Virus record (IMG/VR): IMGVR_UViG_2923323785_000003
DNA: 14,772 bases
From: a virus
Lineage: Duplodnaviria; Heunggongvirae; Uroviricota; Caudoviricetes
Reading direction: 5' to 3' (one strand)
The notes under the pieces were generated by a model. That model saw only the letters and a program-made list of their open reading frames with translations, had not been told where the DNA came from and searched no databases. The translations under genes and the position numbers were made by a program. Numbering within the stretch: the first letter of the stretch is position 1; each line of letters begins with the position of its first letter. This document shows positions 7,542 to 14,574 of this stretch, in pieces.

Positions 7542-7818
7542 ACGTCGCCGCTGGGTTAACGAGAAATACACTCGCTGGGTGAAGACACAGCCGTGTGCGT
7601 GTTGTGGTAAGCCAGCCGACGATCCCCATCACCTGATTGGTCATGGTCAGGGCGGAATGGGGACAAAATCTCACGATATTTTCACGCTACCGCTGTGTCG
7701 GGAGCATCACAACGAGCTTCATGCGGATCCGCTGGCGTTCGAAGAAAAGCATGGTTCTCAGGTTGATTTAATTTTTCGTTTTCTTGATCACGCCTTTGCA
7801 ACTGGCGTGCTTGGGTAA
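7528..7818 (+). CDS. Small Cys/His-rich putative zinc-binding HNH-like protein
   Basis: 96-aa ORF with CACCG...HH...LCREHHNELH motif pattern. Its start overlaps the stop region of the upstream ORF in a different frame. Confidence 0.55.
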   Translation: MKRPKRRRWVNEKYTRWVKTQPCACCGKPADDPHHLIGHGQGGMGTKSHDIFTLPLCREHHNELHADPLAFEEKHGSQVDLIFRFLDHAFATGVLG

Positions 7819-7830
7819 AAGAGGTGACTG

Positions 7831-8205
7831 ATGCTCATAGATTTGGTTTTACCTTACCCGCCGACGGTGAACACTTACTGGCGACGCCGTGGCAGCACAT
7901 ATTTTATCTCGGAGGAGGGAAAGCGTTATCGCCGGGCTGTGGCGCTTATTGTTCGCCAGCAGCGGCTGAAATTAAGCCTGTCCGGAAGGCTGGCGATAAA
8001 GGTGATTGCAGAGCCACCGGATAAGCGTCGTCGCGACCTGGACAATATCCTGAAAGCACCGCTGGATGCGCTGACGCATGCGGGAGTGTTAATGGACGAT
8101 GAGCAGTTTGATGAAATCAATATCGTTCGTGGTCAGCCAGTATCTGGTGGACGTCTGGGGGTGAAGATTTACCCCATAATGCATGAAGAGCAGGTCAAAA
8201 AATGA
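7831..8205 (+). CDS. rusA: RusA-family Holliday-junction resolvase
   Basis: 124-aa ORF with LPYPPTVNTYWR N-terminus and the RRRDLDNILKAPLDALTHAGVLMDDEQ motif typical of RusA (recalled E. coli RusA has RRRDLDN...KA.FDALTKAG...DD). GAGGTG Shine-Dalgarno upstream. Position before Q is typical. Confidence 0.85.
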   Translation: MLIDLVLPYPPTVNTYWRRRGSTYFISEEGKRYRRAVALIVRQQRLKLSLSGRLAIKVIAEPPDKRRRDLDNILKAPLDALTHAGVLMDDEQFDEINIVRGQPVSGGRLGVKIYPIMHEEQVKK

Positions 8206-9023
8206 AACTGGAAGATTTACCGAAATACTACTCCCCAAAATCCCCTTGCCTGACCGATGCATCGGCCTCAACGTCAAAAGATGCGCTGAGTATCACTGAT
8301 GTGATGGCCGCGCAGGGCATGACACAGAATCGGGCTGAGATGGGGTTTTCTGCGTTCCTGGGGAAAATGGGCATCAGTATGAATGACAGGGCGCGGGCAA
8401 CAGAATTACTGGCAGATTATGCACTCAGTCGGTGCGATCGTGTGGCGGCGTTGAGAAAACTTCCGGCAGAAATAAAACCGGTAGTGATGCGCATTATGGC
8501 TTCGTACGCTTTTGAGGATTATGCCCGCAGCGCAGCGAGTAAAAAGCAGTGCCCTTGTTGCTATGGGGAAAAATTTATTGAAAGCGTAGTTTTTACAAAC
8601 AAGGTCCAGTATCCGGATGGTAAGCCGCCGGTATGGGCAAAGTGTACGAAAGGTGTGTATCCGTCTTACTGGGAAGAATGGAAAAAAGTCAGGGAGGTGG
8701 TAAAAGTTGCCTGTCCGGAGTGTGGCGGAAAGGGTGAGGTTTCCACCGCCTGTAAGGATTGCCGTGGGCGTGGTGTCGCCATTCACCGTGAAGAGTCGGT
8801 AAAACGTGGTATGCCTGTTATCAGAGACTGCCAGCGTTGTGGTGGTCGTGGCTATGAAAGACTACCATCAACGGAGGCATTTAATGCTATATGCGAGGTG
8901 ACAAACCAGATAACACGCGCGTCATGGGAAAAAACAGTTAAGAAATTCTATGATGCGCTGGTGACCCGGTTTGATATTGAAGAAGCATGGGCTGAGCGGC
9001 AGTTAAAAAAGGTAACTAGGTAA
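8202..9023 (+). CDS. Late-gene antiterminator Q (QuuQ-like, with Cys-rich zinc-finger repeats)
   Basis: 273-aa ORF whose ATG overlaps the rusA stop (ATGA). Repeated CxxCxGxG-type motifs (CPECGGKG, CKDCRGRG, CQRCGGRG). Immediately followed by a candidate late promoter and intrinsic terminator, then tRNAs and lysis genes. Confidence 0.7.
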   Translation: MKLEDLPKYYSPKSPCLTDASASTSKDALSITDVMAAQGMTQNRAEMGFSAFLGKMGISMNDRARATELLADYALSRCDRVAALRKLPAEIKPVVMRIMASYAFEDYARSAASKKQCPCCYGEKFIESVVFTNKVQYPDGKPPVWAKCTKGVYPSYWEEWKKVREVVKVACPECGGKGEVSTACKDCRGRGVAIHREESVKRGMPVIRDCQRCGGRGYERLPSTEAFNAICEVTNQITRASWEKTVKKFYDALVTRFDIEEAWAERQLKKVTR

Positions 9024-9028
9024 CAAGG

Positions 9029-9056
9029 TTGATTTTTCCGGAATCTGTGGTAAATT
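9029..9056 (+). promoter_or_regulatory. Candidate late promoter (pR'-like) downstream of Q
   Basis: -35 TTGATT (9029-9034), 16-nt spacer, -10 TAAATT (9051-9056), followed about 50 nt later by an intrinsic terminator, as in lambda pR'/tR'. Confidence 0.4.
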
Positions 9057-9104
9057 CGTCATAACGATGGGCTTTTTATGCCTGACGTTAGAAGAGTTTC
9101 TACA

Positions 9105-9129
9105 ACCCGCCGCCGAGCGGGTTTTTTAT
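9105..9129 (+). terminator. Intrinsic terminator (tR'-like) read through under Q antitermination
   Basis: Stem ACCCGC / GCGGGT with 6-nt loop, followed by TTTTTTATT. Confidence 0.6.
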
Positions 9130-9166
9130 TGCGGAATTAATTACGGACCGTTATTATTCTGCTCAC

Positions 9167-9242
9167 GGCCCTTTAGCTCAGTGGTGAGAGCGAGCGACTC
9201 ATAATCGCCAGGTCGCTGGTTCAAATCCAGCAAGGGCCACCA
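9167..9242 (+). tRNA. tRNA with CAU anticodon, Ile2-type (ileX/ileZ-like; tRNA-Met cannot be excluded)
   Basis: 76 nt. 7-bp acceptor stem GGCCCTT/AAGGGCC, D-arm GCTCAGTGGTGAGAGC, anticodon loop CTCATAA, T-arm GCTGGTTCAAATCCAGC, 3' ACCA. Close to recalled E. coli ileX. Confidence 0.85.
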
Positions 9243-9342
9243 TCACAAACCGCCATTAGCTTATCAGGAAGAGCAGACGACGCGATAACAGGGTTGTTGG
9301 TGCGGGGGCGGGTCCCCGATGGCGGTCCATTATCGGTATTCA

Positions 9343-9419
9343 GCGTTGTTAGCTCAGCCGGACAGAGCAATTGCCTTCTAAGCAATCGGTCACTGGTTCG
9401 AATCCAGTACAGCGCGCCA
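9343..9419 (+). tRNA. tRNA-Arg (anticodon UCU, reads AGA/AGG)
   Basis: 77 nt. Acceptor stem GCGTTGT/ACAGCGC (one G-U pair), D-arm GCTCAGCCGGACAGAGC, anticodon stem ATTGC/GCAAT with loop CTTCTAA, T-arm ACTGGTTCGAATCCAGT, 3' GCCA. Confidence 0.85.
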
Positions 9420-9529
9420 TATTCATTCTTCCAGATTCCTTCCGGCAGAGCCTTATACTGAAATATACCTGGCTCAGGATCTTGTTGAAAATATTATATG
9501 TTTGTCAAAAATAAAAGTTCTGTCAAGTA

Positions 9530-9883
9530 TTGATTGAGTGTTTGTTATACCGTCTAATGGTTTTTTCAGCATTAAATATTTATCATTCATATGGTGTGGG
9601 TAGAGTGAATATTGATGAGGCGTCGGGGTGTTTCATCCTTAGGCAGCGTATTGATATAGTCAATGCAGCACGAGCAAAGGCCTTCAGCCGTTTGACAGTT
9701 TTGTTTTGTACTCCTGATCGTCTTTCGGGAAGAGACGTTATTATTCTGAATAGTGATGCTATACAGAGGGTTTGCGATGAGTTCATGGTTGCTAATTCAG
9801 AATTATTTGCTCTTGTTCAGGAGTACAACAGAATAGCCAGGACCTGTGGTATGGATGAACTTCGGATTACTCATCTGGGGTAG
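9530..9883 (+). CDS. Hypothetical protein (cargo ORF downstream of the tRNAs); start uncertain (TTG at 9530 or ATG at 9557)
   Basis: 117-aa ORF. C-terminal half looks protein-like; no convincing Shine-Dalgarno; no family recognised. Confidence 0.3.
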   Translation: MIECLLYRLMVFSALNIYHSYGVGRVNIDEASGCFILRQRIDIVNAARAKAFSRLTVLFCTPDRLSGRDVIILNSDAIQRVCDEFMVANSELFALVQEYNRIARTCGMDELRITHLG

Positions 9884-10357
9884 ATACATATCTGGATTAT
9901 CACCTGTTACGGTAAAAAGTTATTGCTTACTGTTTTTGTGAATGGCATTGCAGCAGCCGGATAATGTCAGTGCTGGCTGACGGTGTGCTGGTGGCGGGTG
10001 TGGTGGTTATTGCTTTCCCGTTGCTGAAAAAGAAAACGCCGGACTGTTAGCCGGGTATCAGTTAGCGGGAGAAATTTTTAAATACTTCACAATTCAGGCG
10101 GTTGACTGTTGTCTGGTTTGCGGGGAGTTTGTTAAAAGAAACTGGCATGGTGAATCCCCCTGTGCGGAGGGGCAATCAGCGAGTAGGTATATGGGATAAT
10201 CGCGGATTCAGGTGCTGGTACTGAATTCACCGGGAGGCACCCGGCACCATGCACTTCAATAGATTCTCTCCACATTATGGATATTCTTTCAGAATATCCC
10301 ACGCAGACTTTGTGTAAATGTTAACAAATGTGCGTTTTATTTGATCTGATTCGCTGT

Positions 10358-10387
10358 TTGAGCGTCCAAAACAACGGTATATATAAT
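10358..10387 (+). promoter_or_regulatory. Candidate sigma70 promoter for the first lipoprotein gene
   Basis: -35 TTGAGC (10358-10363), 17-18 nt spacer, -10 TATAAT (10382-10387), about 30 nt upstream of the start at 10417. Confidence 0.4.
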
Positions 10388-10416
10388 CCTTTACTATATG
10401 ACATATGTGAGGAAAA

Positions 10417-10845
10417 ATGGGTTTTCGTAGCGCATCAATTCTTACGTTGATTATTAGTGGGATTATTATCGGGTGCACTGATGCTGTATCGACAAATTAT
10501 CATGACCGTACATCATATTACTCCGATAAAGCAATAGAGACACAGTATGTGAGTTCATCTGAACGTACTTCTGATGTTAGTGAGGATATCCGTCTGTATG
10601 CCCATCAAATCAAGAGCGCCATCGAAAAACAGTTCGGGGATGCGAGTAAGTATTCAGGAAAAGAGTGTACACTGAGAATGCATATGGCCCCGAATGGCCT
10701 TCTACTGGAGGTTAAAAGAGAAAGTGGAGACCTCGATTTATGTCGTGAAGCGATGAATGCGATAAAGAATGCTGATATACCTGCCCCCCCTTCGCCGGAA
10801 GTATATAAAGTATTTCAAAATGGGGTGCTGGATTTTAAACCCTGA
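10417..10845 (+). CDS. Lipoprotein with C-terminal TolA domain-III-like domain
   Basis: 142-aa ORF with GAGGA Shine-Dalgarno. Lipoprotein signal peptide with lipobox IIGC. C-terminal ~87 aa (IRLYAHQIKSAIEKQFGDASKYSGKECTLRMHMAPNGLLLEVK...LCREAMNAIKNADIPAPPSPEVYKVFQNGVLDFKP) align with my recollection of the E. coli TolA C-terminus (...YAGQIKSAIESKFYDASSYAGKTCTLRIKLAPDGMLLDIK...LCQAALAAAKLAKIPKPPSQAVYEVFKNAPLDFKP). Confidence 0.85.
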   Translation: MGFRSASILTLIISGIIIGCTDAVSTNYHDRTSYYSDKAIETQYVSSSERTSDVSEDIRLYAHQIKSAIEKQFGDASKYSGKECTLRMHMAPNGLLLEVKRESGDLDLCREAMNAIKNADIPAPPSPEVYKVFQNGVLDFKP

Positions 10846-10995
10846 TATTTATTGTTTTGTAATAAACGGTTTCGGCTTAGGTTTGTTCTGACACAACTAC
10901 GGCACTGAGCTAAATTTAGCGGATAGTCAGCTCTGAGCCAGTGGCGGACGTAACAACTACTATTGCTGAGATTTTAATGGATTGAGGAGCAAGAA

Positions 10996-11391
10996 GTGGG
11001 ATTAAAGAAAATCGTTATGTTGACTTTTTGGGTCGGTTTTGTTGCGGGATGCACACCTTTACACCCTTCAGATTGCCACAAAACTACTGCTACAGGTAGT
11101 TGCAGTTCAGGACGCTGGGATGATCAGGATGAATGGGGGGCGCAAGCGCGGGGAATCAGAGCTGCAATTAATGCCAAACTTGATGAGCCGCATAACTGGA
11201 AAGGGAAAAAATGCAGGTTGCATATGGAATTCTCTCAGGATGGCACGGCGTTAAAAATATCTACCAGTAACGGTGATAAAGCCTATTGCGAAGCGATAAA
11301 GTCCGCAGCTCATAAAGCCAAATTTCCGGCCTTCAACAATCCGGAAGTCTACAGAGATTTTCAGAAATCTGGCTTTGACATGCGAGGTTAG
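10996..11391 (+). CDS. Second lipoprotein, diverged paralogue with TolA domain-III-like C-terminus (GTG start)
   Basis: 131-aa ORF starting at GTG with a GAGGAG Shine-Dalgarno 6 nt upstream. Signal peptide with lipobox VAGC. C-terminal region (KGKKCRLHMEFSQDGTALKI...YCEAIKSAAHKAKFPAFNNPEVYRDFQKSGFD) shares the two-Cys spacing and PEVY..FQ motif with the upstream paralogue. Confidence 0.8.
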   Translation: MGLKKIVMLTFWVGFVAGCTPLHPSDCHKTTATGSCSSGRWDDQDEWGAQARGIRAAINAKLDEPHNWKGKKCRLHMEFSQDGTALKISTSNGDKAYCEAIKSAAHKAKFPAFNNPEVYRDFQKSGFDMRG

Positions 11392-11516
11392 CTCTTCAAT
11401 TACTATATCTCATTCATAGCAAACTGACAGATTTGATGATGTTCTATATACGAAACCTGTGATGTCAAGTCTGAGCTAATACAAATAAACATAATATCAG
11501 AGAAATACATTTTATT

Positions 11517-11543
11517 AGCTCGCTACGGCGAGCTTTTTATATT
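11517..11543 (+). terminator. Intrinsic terminator closing the lipoprotein transcription unit
   Basis: Stem AGCTCGC / GCGAGCT with loop TACG, followed by TTTTTATATT. Confidence 0.65.
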
Positions 11544-11642
11544 GCATCGTCTCCAGCATATATATCAATTATGGCTCTGATTGATGTGTCTGGAAGCCTA
11601 CACATAATAACTATGCCATCCGTTCCGTGCGGAGGTGAGGCT

Positions 11643-11858
11643 ATGAAATCCATGGACAAAATTTCAACAGGCATTGCCTACGGCACCTCCGCAGGCAGTG
11701 CTGGCTACTGGTTTTTACAGCTGCTCGATAAAGTCACGCCCTCACAGTGGGCAGCAATAGGTGTGCTGGGTAGCCTGGTATTTGGCCTGCTGACGTACCT
11801 GACAAACCTTTATTTCAAGATTAAAGAAGACAAGCGTAAGGCTGCACGGGGAGAGTAA
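11643..11858 (+). CDS. Class II holin / pinholin of the S21 / EssQ / EssD type, with dual-start motif (MKSM)
   Basis: 71 aa from the ATG at 11643, preceded by GGAGGTGAGG. Sequence [71 protein letters not shown] closely matches recalled phage 21 S21 and E. coli EssD/EssQ holins. Confidence 0.85.
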   Translation: MKSMDKISTGIAYGTSAGSAGYWFLQLLDKVTPSQWAAIGVLGSLVFGLLTYLTNLYFKIKEDKRKAARGE

Positions 11859-11862
11859 TTCA

Positions 11863-12177
11863 ATGACTCAAAAATATGAACTGATTGTGAAAGGGATCCG
11901 CAATTTTGAGAATAAAGTTACGGTAACTTTAGCGTTACGGGACAAAAAACGCTTTGACGGTGAAATTTTTGACCTGGACATCTCGCTGGACCGTGTTGAA
12001 GGTGCCGCGCTGGAGTTTTATGAGTCAGCAGCCAGAAGGAGCATCAGACAGGTCTTCCTGGATGTTGCTGCCGGGTTATGTGAAGGGGACGAGCTGTTGC
12101 CAGAAACGCGCCCCTGTTCAGAGGCGCGGTATACCATAAAAATTAACAGTTCTGATAACTCGATTACGGGTTGTTAG
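11863..12177 (+). CDS. YdfR-like small protein (DUF1327-type) that follows the holin in Qin-like prophages
   Basis: 104-aa ORF 4 nt after the holin stop. Length and position match ydfR, which lies between essQ and the endolysin in Qin. Sequence identity is not confirmed. Confidence 0.55.
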   Translation: MTQKYELIVKGIRNFENKVTVTLALRDKKRFDGEIFDLDISLDRVEGAALEFYESAARRSIRQVFLDVAAGLCEGDELLPETRPCSEARYTIKINSSDNSITGC

Positions 12178-12232
12178 CTTTTTGCAGTTGGCTTTCCGGT
12201 ATCTTTCATTGGTAGCATCCTGATAAATATCC

Positions 12233-13174
12233 ATGAGCGCAAAAATCAAATACGCCCTGTCAGCTGCTGTTCTGGCGCTGATTGCTGCAGGCGCGTCTGC
12301 TCCTCAGATACTTGACCAGTTTCTGGACGAAAAAGAGGGTACCGGAGTCGGAAGTTGCCGGACCTTGCAGATGAAGGCGCATTACAGAAATGGTGGTCTG
12401 TTCTACCGTTCTTCAAGAGACGGTTATGGTTTTGAGGAAGACTGGGCAGAAGTTTATACCTCGAAAAATCTTCCACCAGAAAGCTACCCAGTCGGCGCAC
12501 CAATCCCGTGGCCATCAGATACCGTTCCGTCTGGTTATGCCCTGATGCAGGGGCAGACTTTTGACAAATCTGCCTACCCGAAACTTGCAGCCGCTTATCC
12601 GTCAGGCGTGATCCCTGATATGCGTGGCTGGACGATTAAGGGCAAGCCCGCCAGTGGTCGTGCCGTATTGTCTCAGGAACAGGACGGCATAAAATCGCAT
12701 ACCCACAGCGCCAGCGCATCCAGTACTGATTTGGGGACGAAAACCACATCGTCGTTTGATTACGGCACTAAATCCACGAATAACACTGGTGCGCATACCC
12801 ATAGTTTAAGTGGCAGCACGAATGCAGCTGGTAATCACAGCCATAGAGATGGCCGTCGATTTAACCCCAGTGTTTTTAAAGATACTTATCAATATGGTTA
12901 TACAAGCTCAGGTCAAAATACCTGGGGTGTGCAAGGCTCAGTAGGTATGTCTACGGGGGCGTTAGCTAATACCAGTACAGATGGTAACCATAGCCACTCA
13001 CTGTCCGGCACAGCAGCATCTGCAGGTGCACACGCACATACTGTCGGTATTGGTGCACACACGCACTCCGTTGCGATTGGTTCACATGGACACACCATCA
13101 CCGTTAACGCTGCTGGTAACGCGGAAAACACCGTCAAAAACATCGCATTTAACTATATTGTGAGGCTTGCATAA
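12233..13174 (+). CDS. stf: Side tail fibre protein, C-terminal receptor-binding portion (lambda orf-314 / StfQ-like; N-terminally truncated relative to full-length Stf)
   Basis: 313-aa ORF with [50 protein letters not shown] and repeated HxH motifs (HTHS, NHSH, HAHT, HGHT) typical of lambda/T4-type fibre tips. Stop overlaps the tfa start (TAATG). No Shine-Dalgarno, and it sits directly after ydfR-like, consistent with a deletion remnant. Confidence 0.8.
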   Translation: MSAKIKYALSAAVLALIAAGASAPQILDQFLDEKEGTGVGSCRTLQMKAHYRNGGLFYRSSRDGYGFEEDWAEVYTSKNLPPESYPVGAPIPWPSDTVPSGYALMQGQTFDKSAYPKLAAAYPSGVIPDMRGWTIKGKPASGRAVLSQEQDGIKSHTHSASASSTDLGTKTTSSFDYGTKSTNNTGAHTHSLSGSTNAAGNHSHRDGRRFNPSVFKDTYQYGYTSSGQNTWGVQGSVGMSTGALANTSTDGNHSHSLSGTAASAGAHAHTVGIGAHTHSVAIGSHGHTITVNAAGNAENTVKNIAFNYIVRLA

Positions 13175-13755
13175 TGGCATTCAGAATGAGTGAACAACCA
13201 CGGACCATAAAAATTTATAATCTGCTGGCCGGAACTAATGAATTTATTGGTGAAGGTGACGCATATATTCCGCCTCATACAGGTCTGCCAGCAAACAGTA
13301 CCGATATTGCACCGCCAGATATTCCGGCTGGCTTTGTGGCTGTTTTCAACAGTGATGAGGCATCGTGGCATCTCGTTGAAGATCATCGGGGAAAAACCGT
13401 CTATGACGTGGCTTCCGCCGACGCGTTATTTATTTCTGAACTTGGCTCGTTACCGGAAAATGTCACCTGGTTATCGCCGGAAGGAGAATATCAGAAGTGG
13501 AACGGCACAGCCTGGGTGAAGGATACGGAAGCAGAAAAACTATTCCGGATCCGGGAGGCGGAAGAAACAAAAAACAGCCTGATGCAGGCAGCGAATGAGC
13601 ATATTGCGCCACTTCAGGATGCTGTAGATCTGGAAATCGCAACGGAGGAAGAAAACTCGTTGCTGGAAGCCTGGAAAAAGTATCGGGTGTTGCTGAACCG
13701 TGTTAATACAACAACTGCACCGGATATTGAATGGCCAGTAGCACCTATAGGGTAA
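13174..13755 (+). CDS. tfa: Tail fibre assembly protein Tfa (lambda Tfa / TfaQ-like)
   Basis: 193-aa ORF. N-terminus [39 protein letters not shown] and C-terminus [24 protein letters not shown] closely match recalled lambda Tfa. Confidence 0.92.
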   Translation: MAFRMSEQPRTIKIYNLLAGTNEFIGEGDAYIPPHTGLPANSTDIAPPDIPAGFVAVFNSDEASWHLVEDHRGKTVYDVASADALFISELGSLPENVTWLSPEGEYQKWNGTAWVKDTEAEKLFRIREAEETKNSLMQAANEHIAPLQDAVDLEIATEEENSLLEAWKKYRVLLNRVNTTTAPDIEWPVAPIG

Positions 13756-13840
13756 ATTCGTAATGATTACCTAAATACGTTATTCTTTTGTTCAAAAAGT
13801 GATTTTGCTATAGGTAGGGAGTATGTTCTTGGATTAAGAA

Positions 13841-13871
13841 TAAAAAATCGCCATGAAAGAGCTTCATGGCG
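13841..13871 (-). terminator. Intrinsic terminator oriented for minus-strand transcription, inside the AT-rich block
   Basis: Perfect 9-bp stem CGCCATGAA / TTCATGGCG with 5-nt loop. On the minus strand it is followed by ATTTTTTATTCTT; on the plus strand no U-tract follows. Confidence 0.5.
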
Positions 13872-14340
13872 AGTACATAAACGTACAAAATGTGATGAAA
13901 GTAGAGTGGCGTAAGCCACTATATTAAGATATGACAATAGCGAACAAAAGTAAATAACATTTTATGGACGTTTAATTGTTAATTATAAAAACTAGAGTGC
14001 CCGATATTGTTTATCTTGCTTTAAAATAATGTACTCAAACCAAATTTTTGAGCTAAAAGCTCAAATAATATAAATGCAATGATAATGTTTAATAAGACAA
14101 TTAGCTTGCTTTGTATTTTCATTTCGGAATACTGTTAAGTAACTTTGATGACCCTAACAATAGATCGGAATTTTCTTAGAGTCAATGGTCACTGTTTTTG
14201 TTTGCAAAGCAAATGTTTTGGTGGTTATAAGTTTTCCTAATATAGTCACCTATGCAACTTGTTCCGTGTGGAGATTAAAGGTTAAAATTTAATGCGAAGA
14301 TGGAATTATAATATATTTTTTTATAATTAATTTAACCTTA

Positions 14341-14440
14341 ACATCGTTGCTGGCGGCATGGAAGAAATATCGGGTCTTGCTGATATCGTGTTGGCACTTC
14401 CTTAGTGCGGTTATCGAATGGCCAGCTGTACCTGTGGGGT
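14341..14440 (+). pseudogene. Orphan 3' end of a second, diverged tfa allele
   Basis: Translates in frame as [30 protein letters not shown]-stop, paralleling the intact tfa C-terminus ([29 protein letters not shown]); about 80 percent nucleotide identity over the terminal ~90 nt. No upstream ORF. Confidence 0.6.
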
Positions 14441-14574
14441 AAAAACTTTATATGGATGCTATTTTTATAATAGCTGGTAAAAACTGGCCGAACTGAAATT
14501 CACTGTTGATAAAAAAGATGTGTTTGAGTGTATGTCATTGTTTTCTTAATGGAATCCACTAGAATGCAGCGAAT

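Noticed and set aside
7824-8786. ORFs overlapping rusA and Q in other frames or antisense (7824-8024, 7926-8120, 8089-8277, 8406-8786)
   Set aside because: They overlap genes with clear family signatures and translational coupling; they are shadow ORFs.
9243-9342. Possible third tRNA between the two tRNA genes (Stx phages carry three)
   Set aside because: I could not fold the 100-nt spacer into a cloverleaf with acceptor, D, anticodon and T arms. It may be a degraded tRNA, but the sequence does not support calling one.
9583-9786. Minus-strand 67-aa ORF antisense to the 117-aa cargo ORF
   Set aside because: No ribosome-binding site and it overlaps a plus-strand ORF; no features to prefer it.
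9420-10416. Shiga-toxin genes stxA/stxB expected downstream of the Q-tRNA arrangement
   Set aside because: No ORF of the right size or character is present. The only ORFs are a 117-aa unknown and short peptides; the toxin slot is occupied by lipoprotein genes instead.
10275-10478. Minus-strand 67-aa ORF overlapping the promoter and start of the first lipoprotein gene
   Set aside because: It is antisense to a strongly supported promoter, Shine-Dalgarno and signal peptide; no ribosome-binding site.
11039-11254. 71-aa ORF in an alternative frame inside the second lipoprotein gene
   Set aside because: It is embedded in a gene with a strong Shine-Dalgarno, lipobox and conserved domain; Arg/Gly-rich shadow frame.
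11954-13519. ORFs overlapping ydfR-like, stf and tfa in other frames or antisense (11954-12139, 12246-12515, 12602-12802, 12913-13143, 12981-13163, 13153-13386, 13238-13519)
   Set aside because: stf and tfa match well-known lambda proteins along their whole length; the overlapping frames are shadows.
14021-14122. Minus-strand 33-aa hydrophobic ORF (MKIQSKLIVLLNIIIAFILFELLAQKFGLSTLF) in the AT-rich block
   Set aside because: AT-rich DNA generates Ile/Leu/Phe-rich ORFs by chance and there is no Shine-Dalgarno. Its only support is that it lies upstream of the minus-strand terminator at 13841-13871, so it is not called as a gene.
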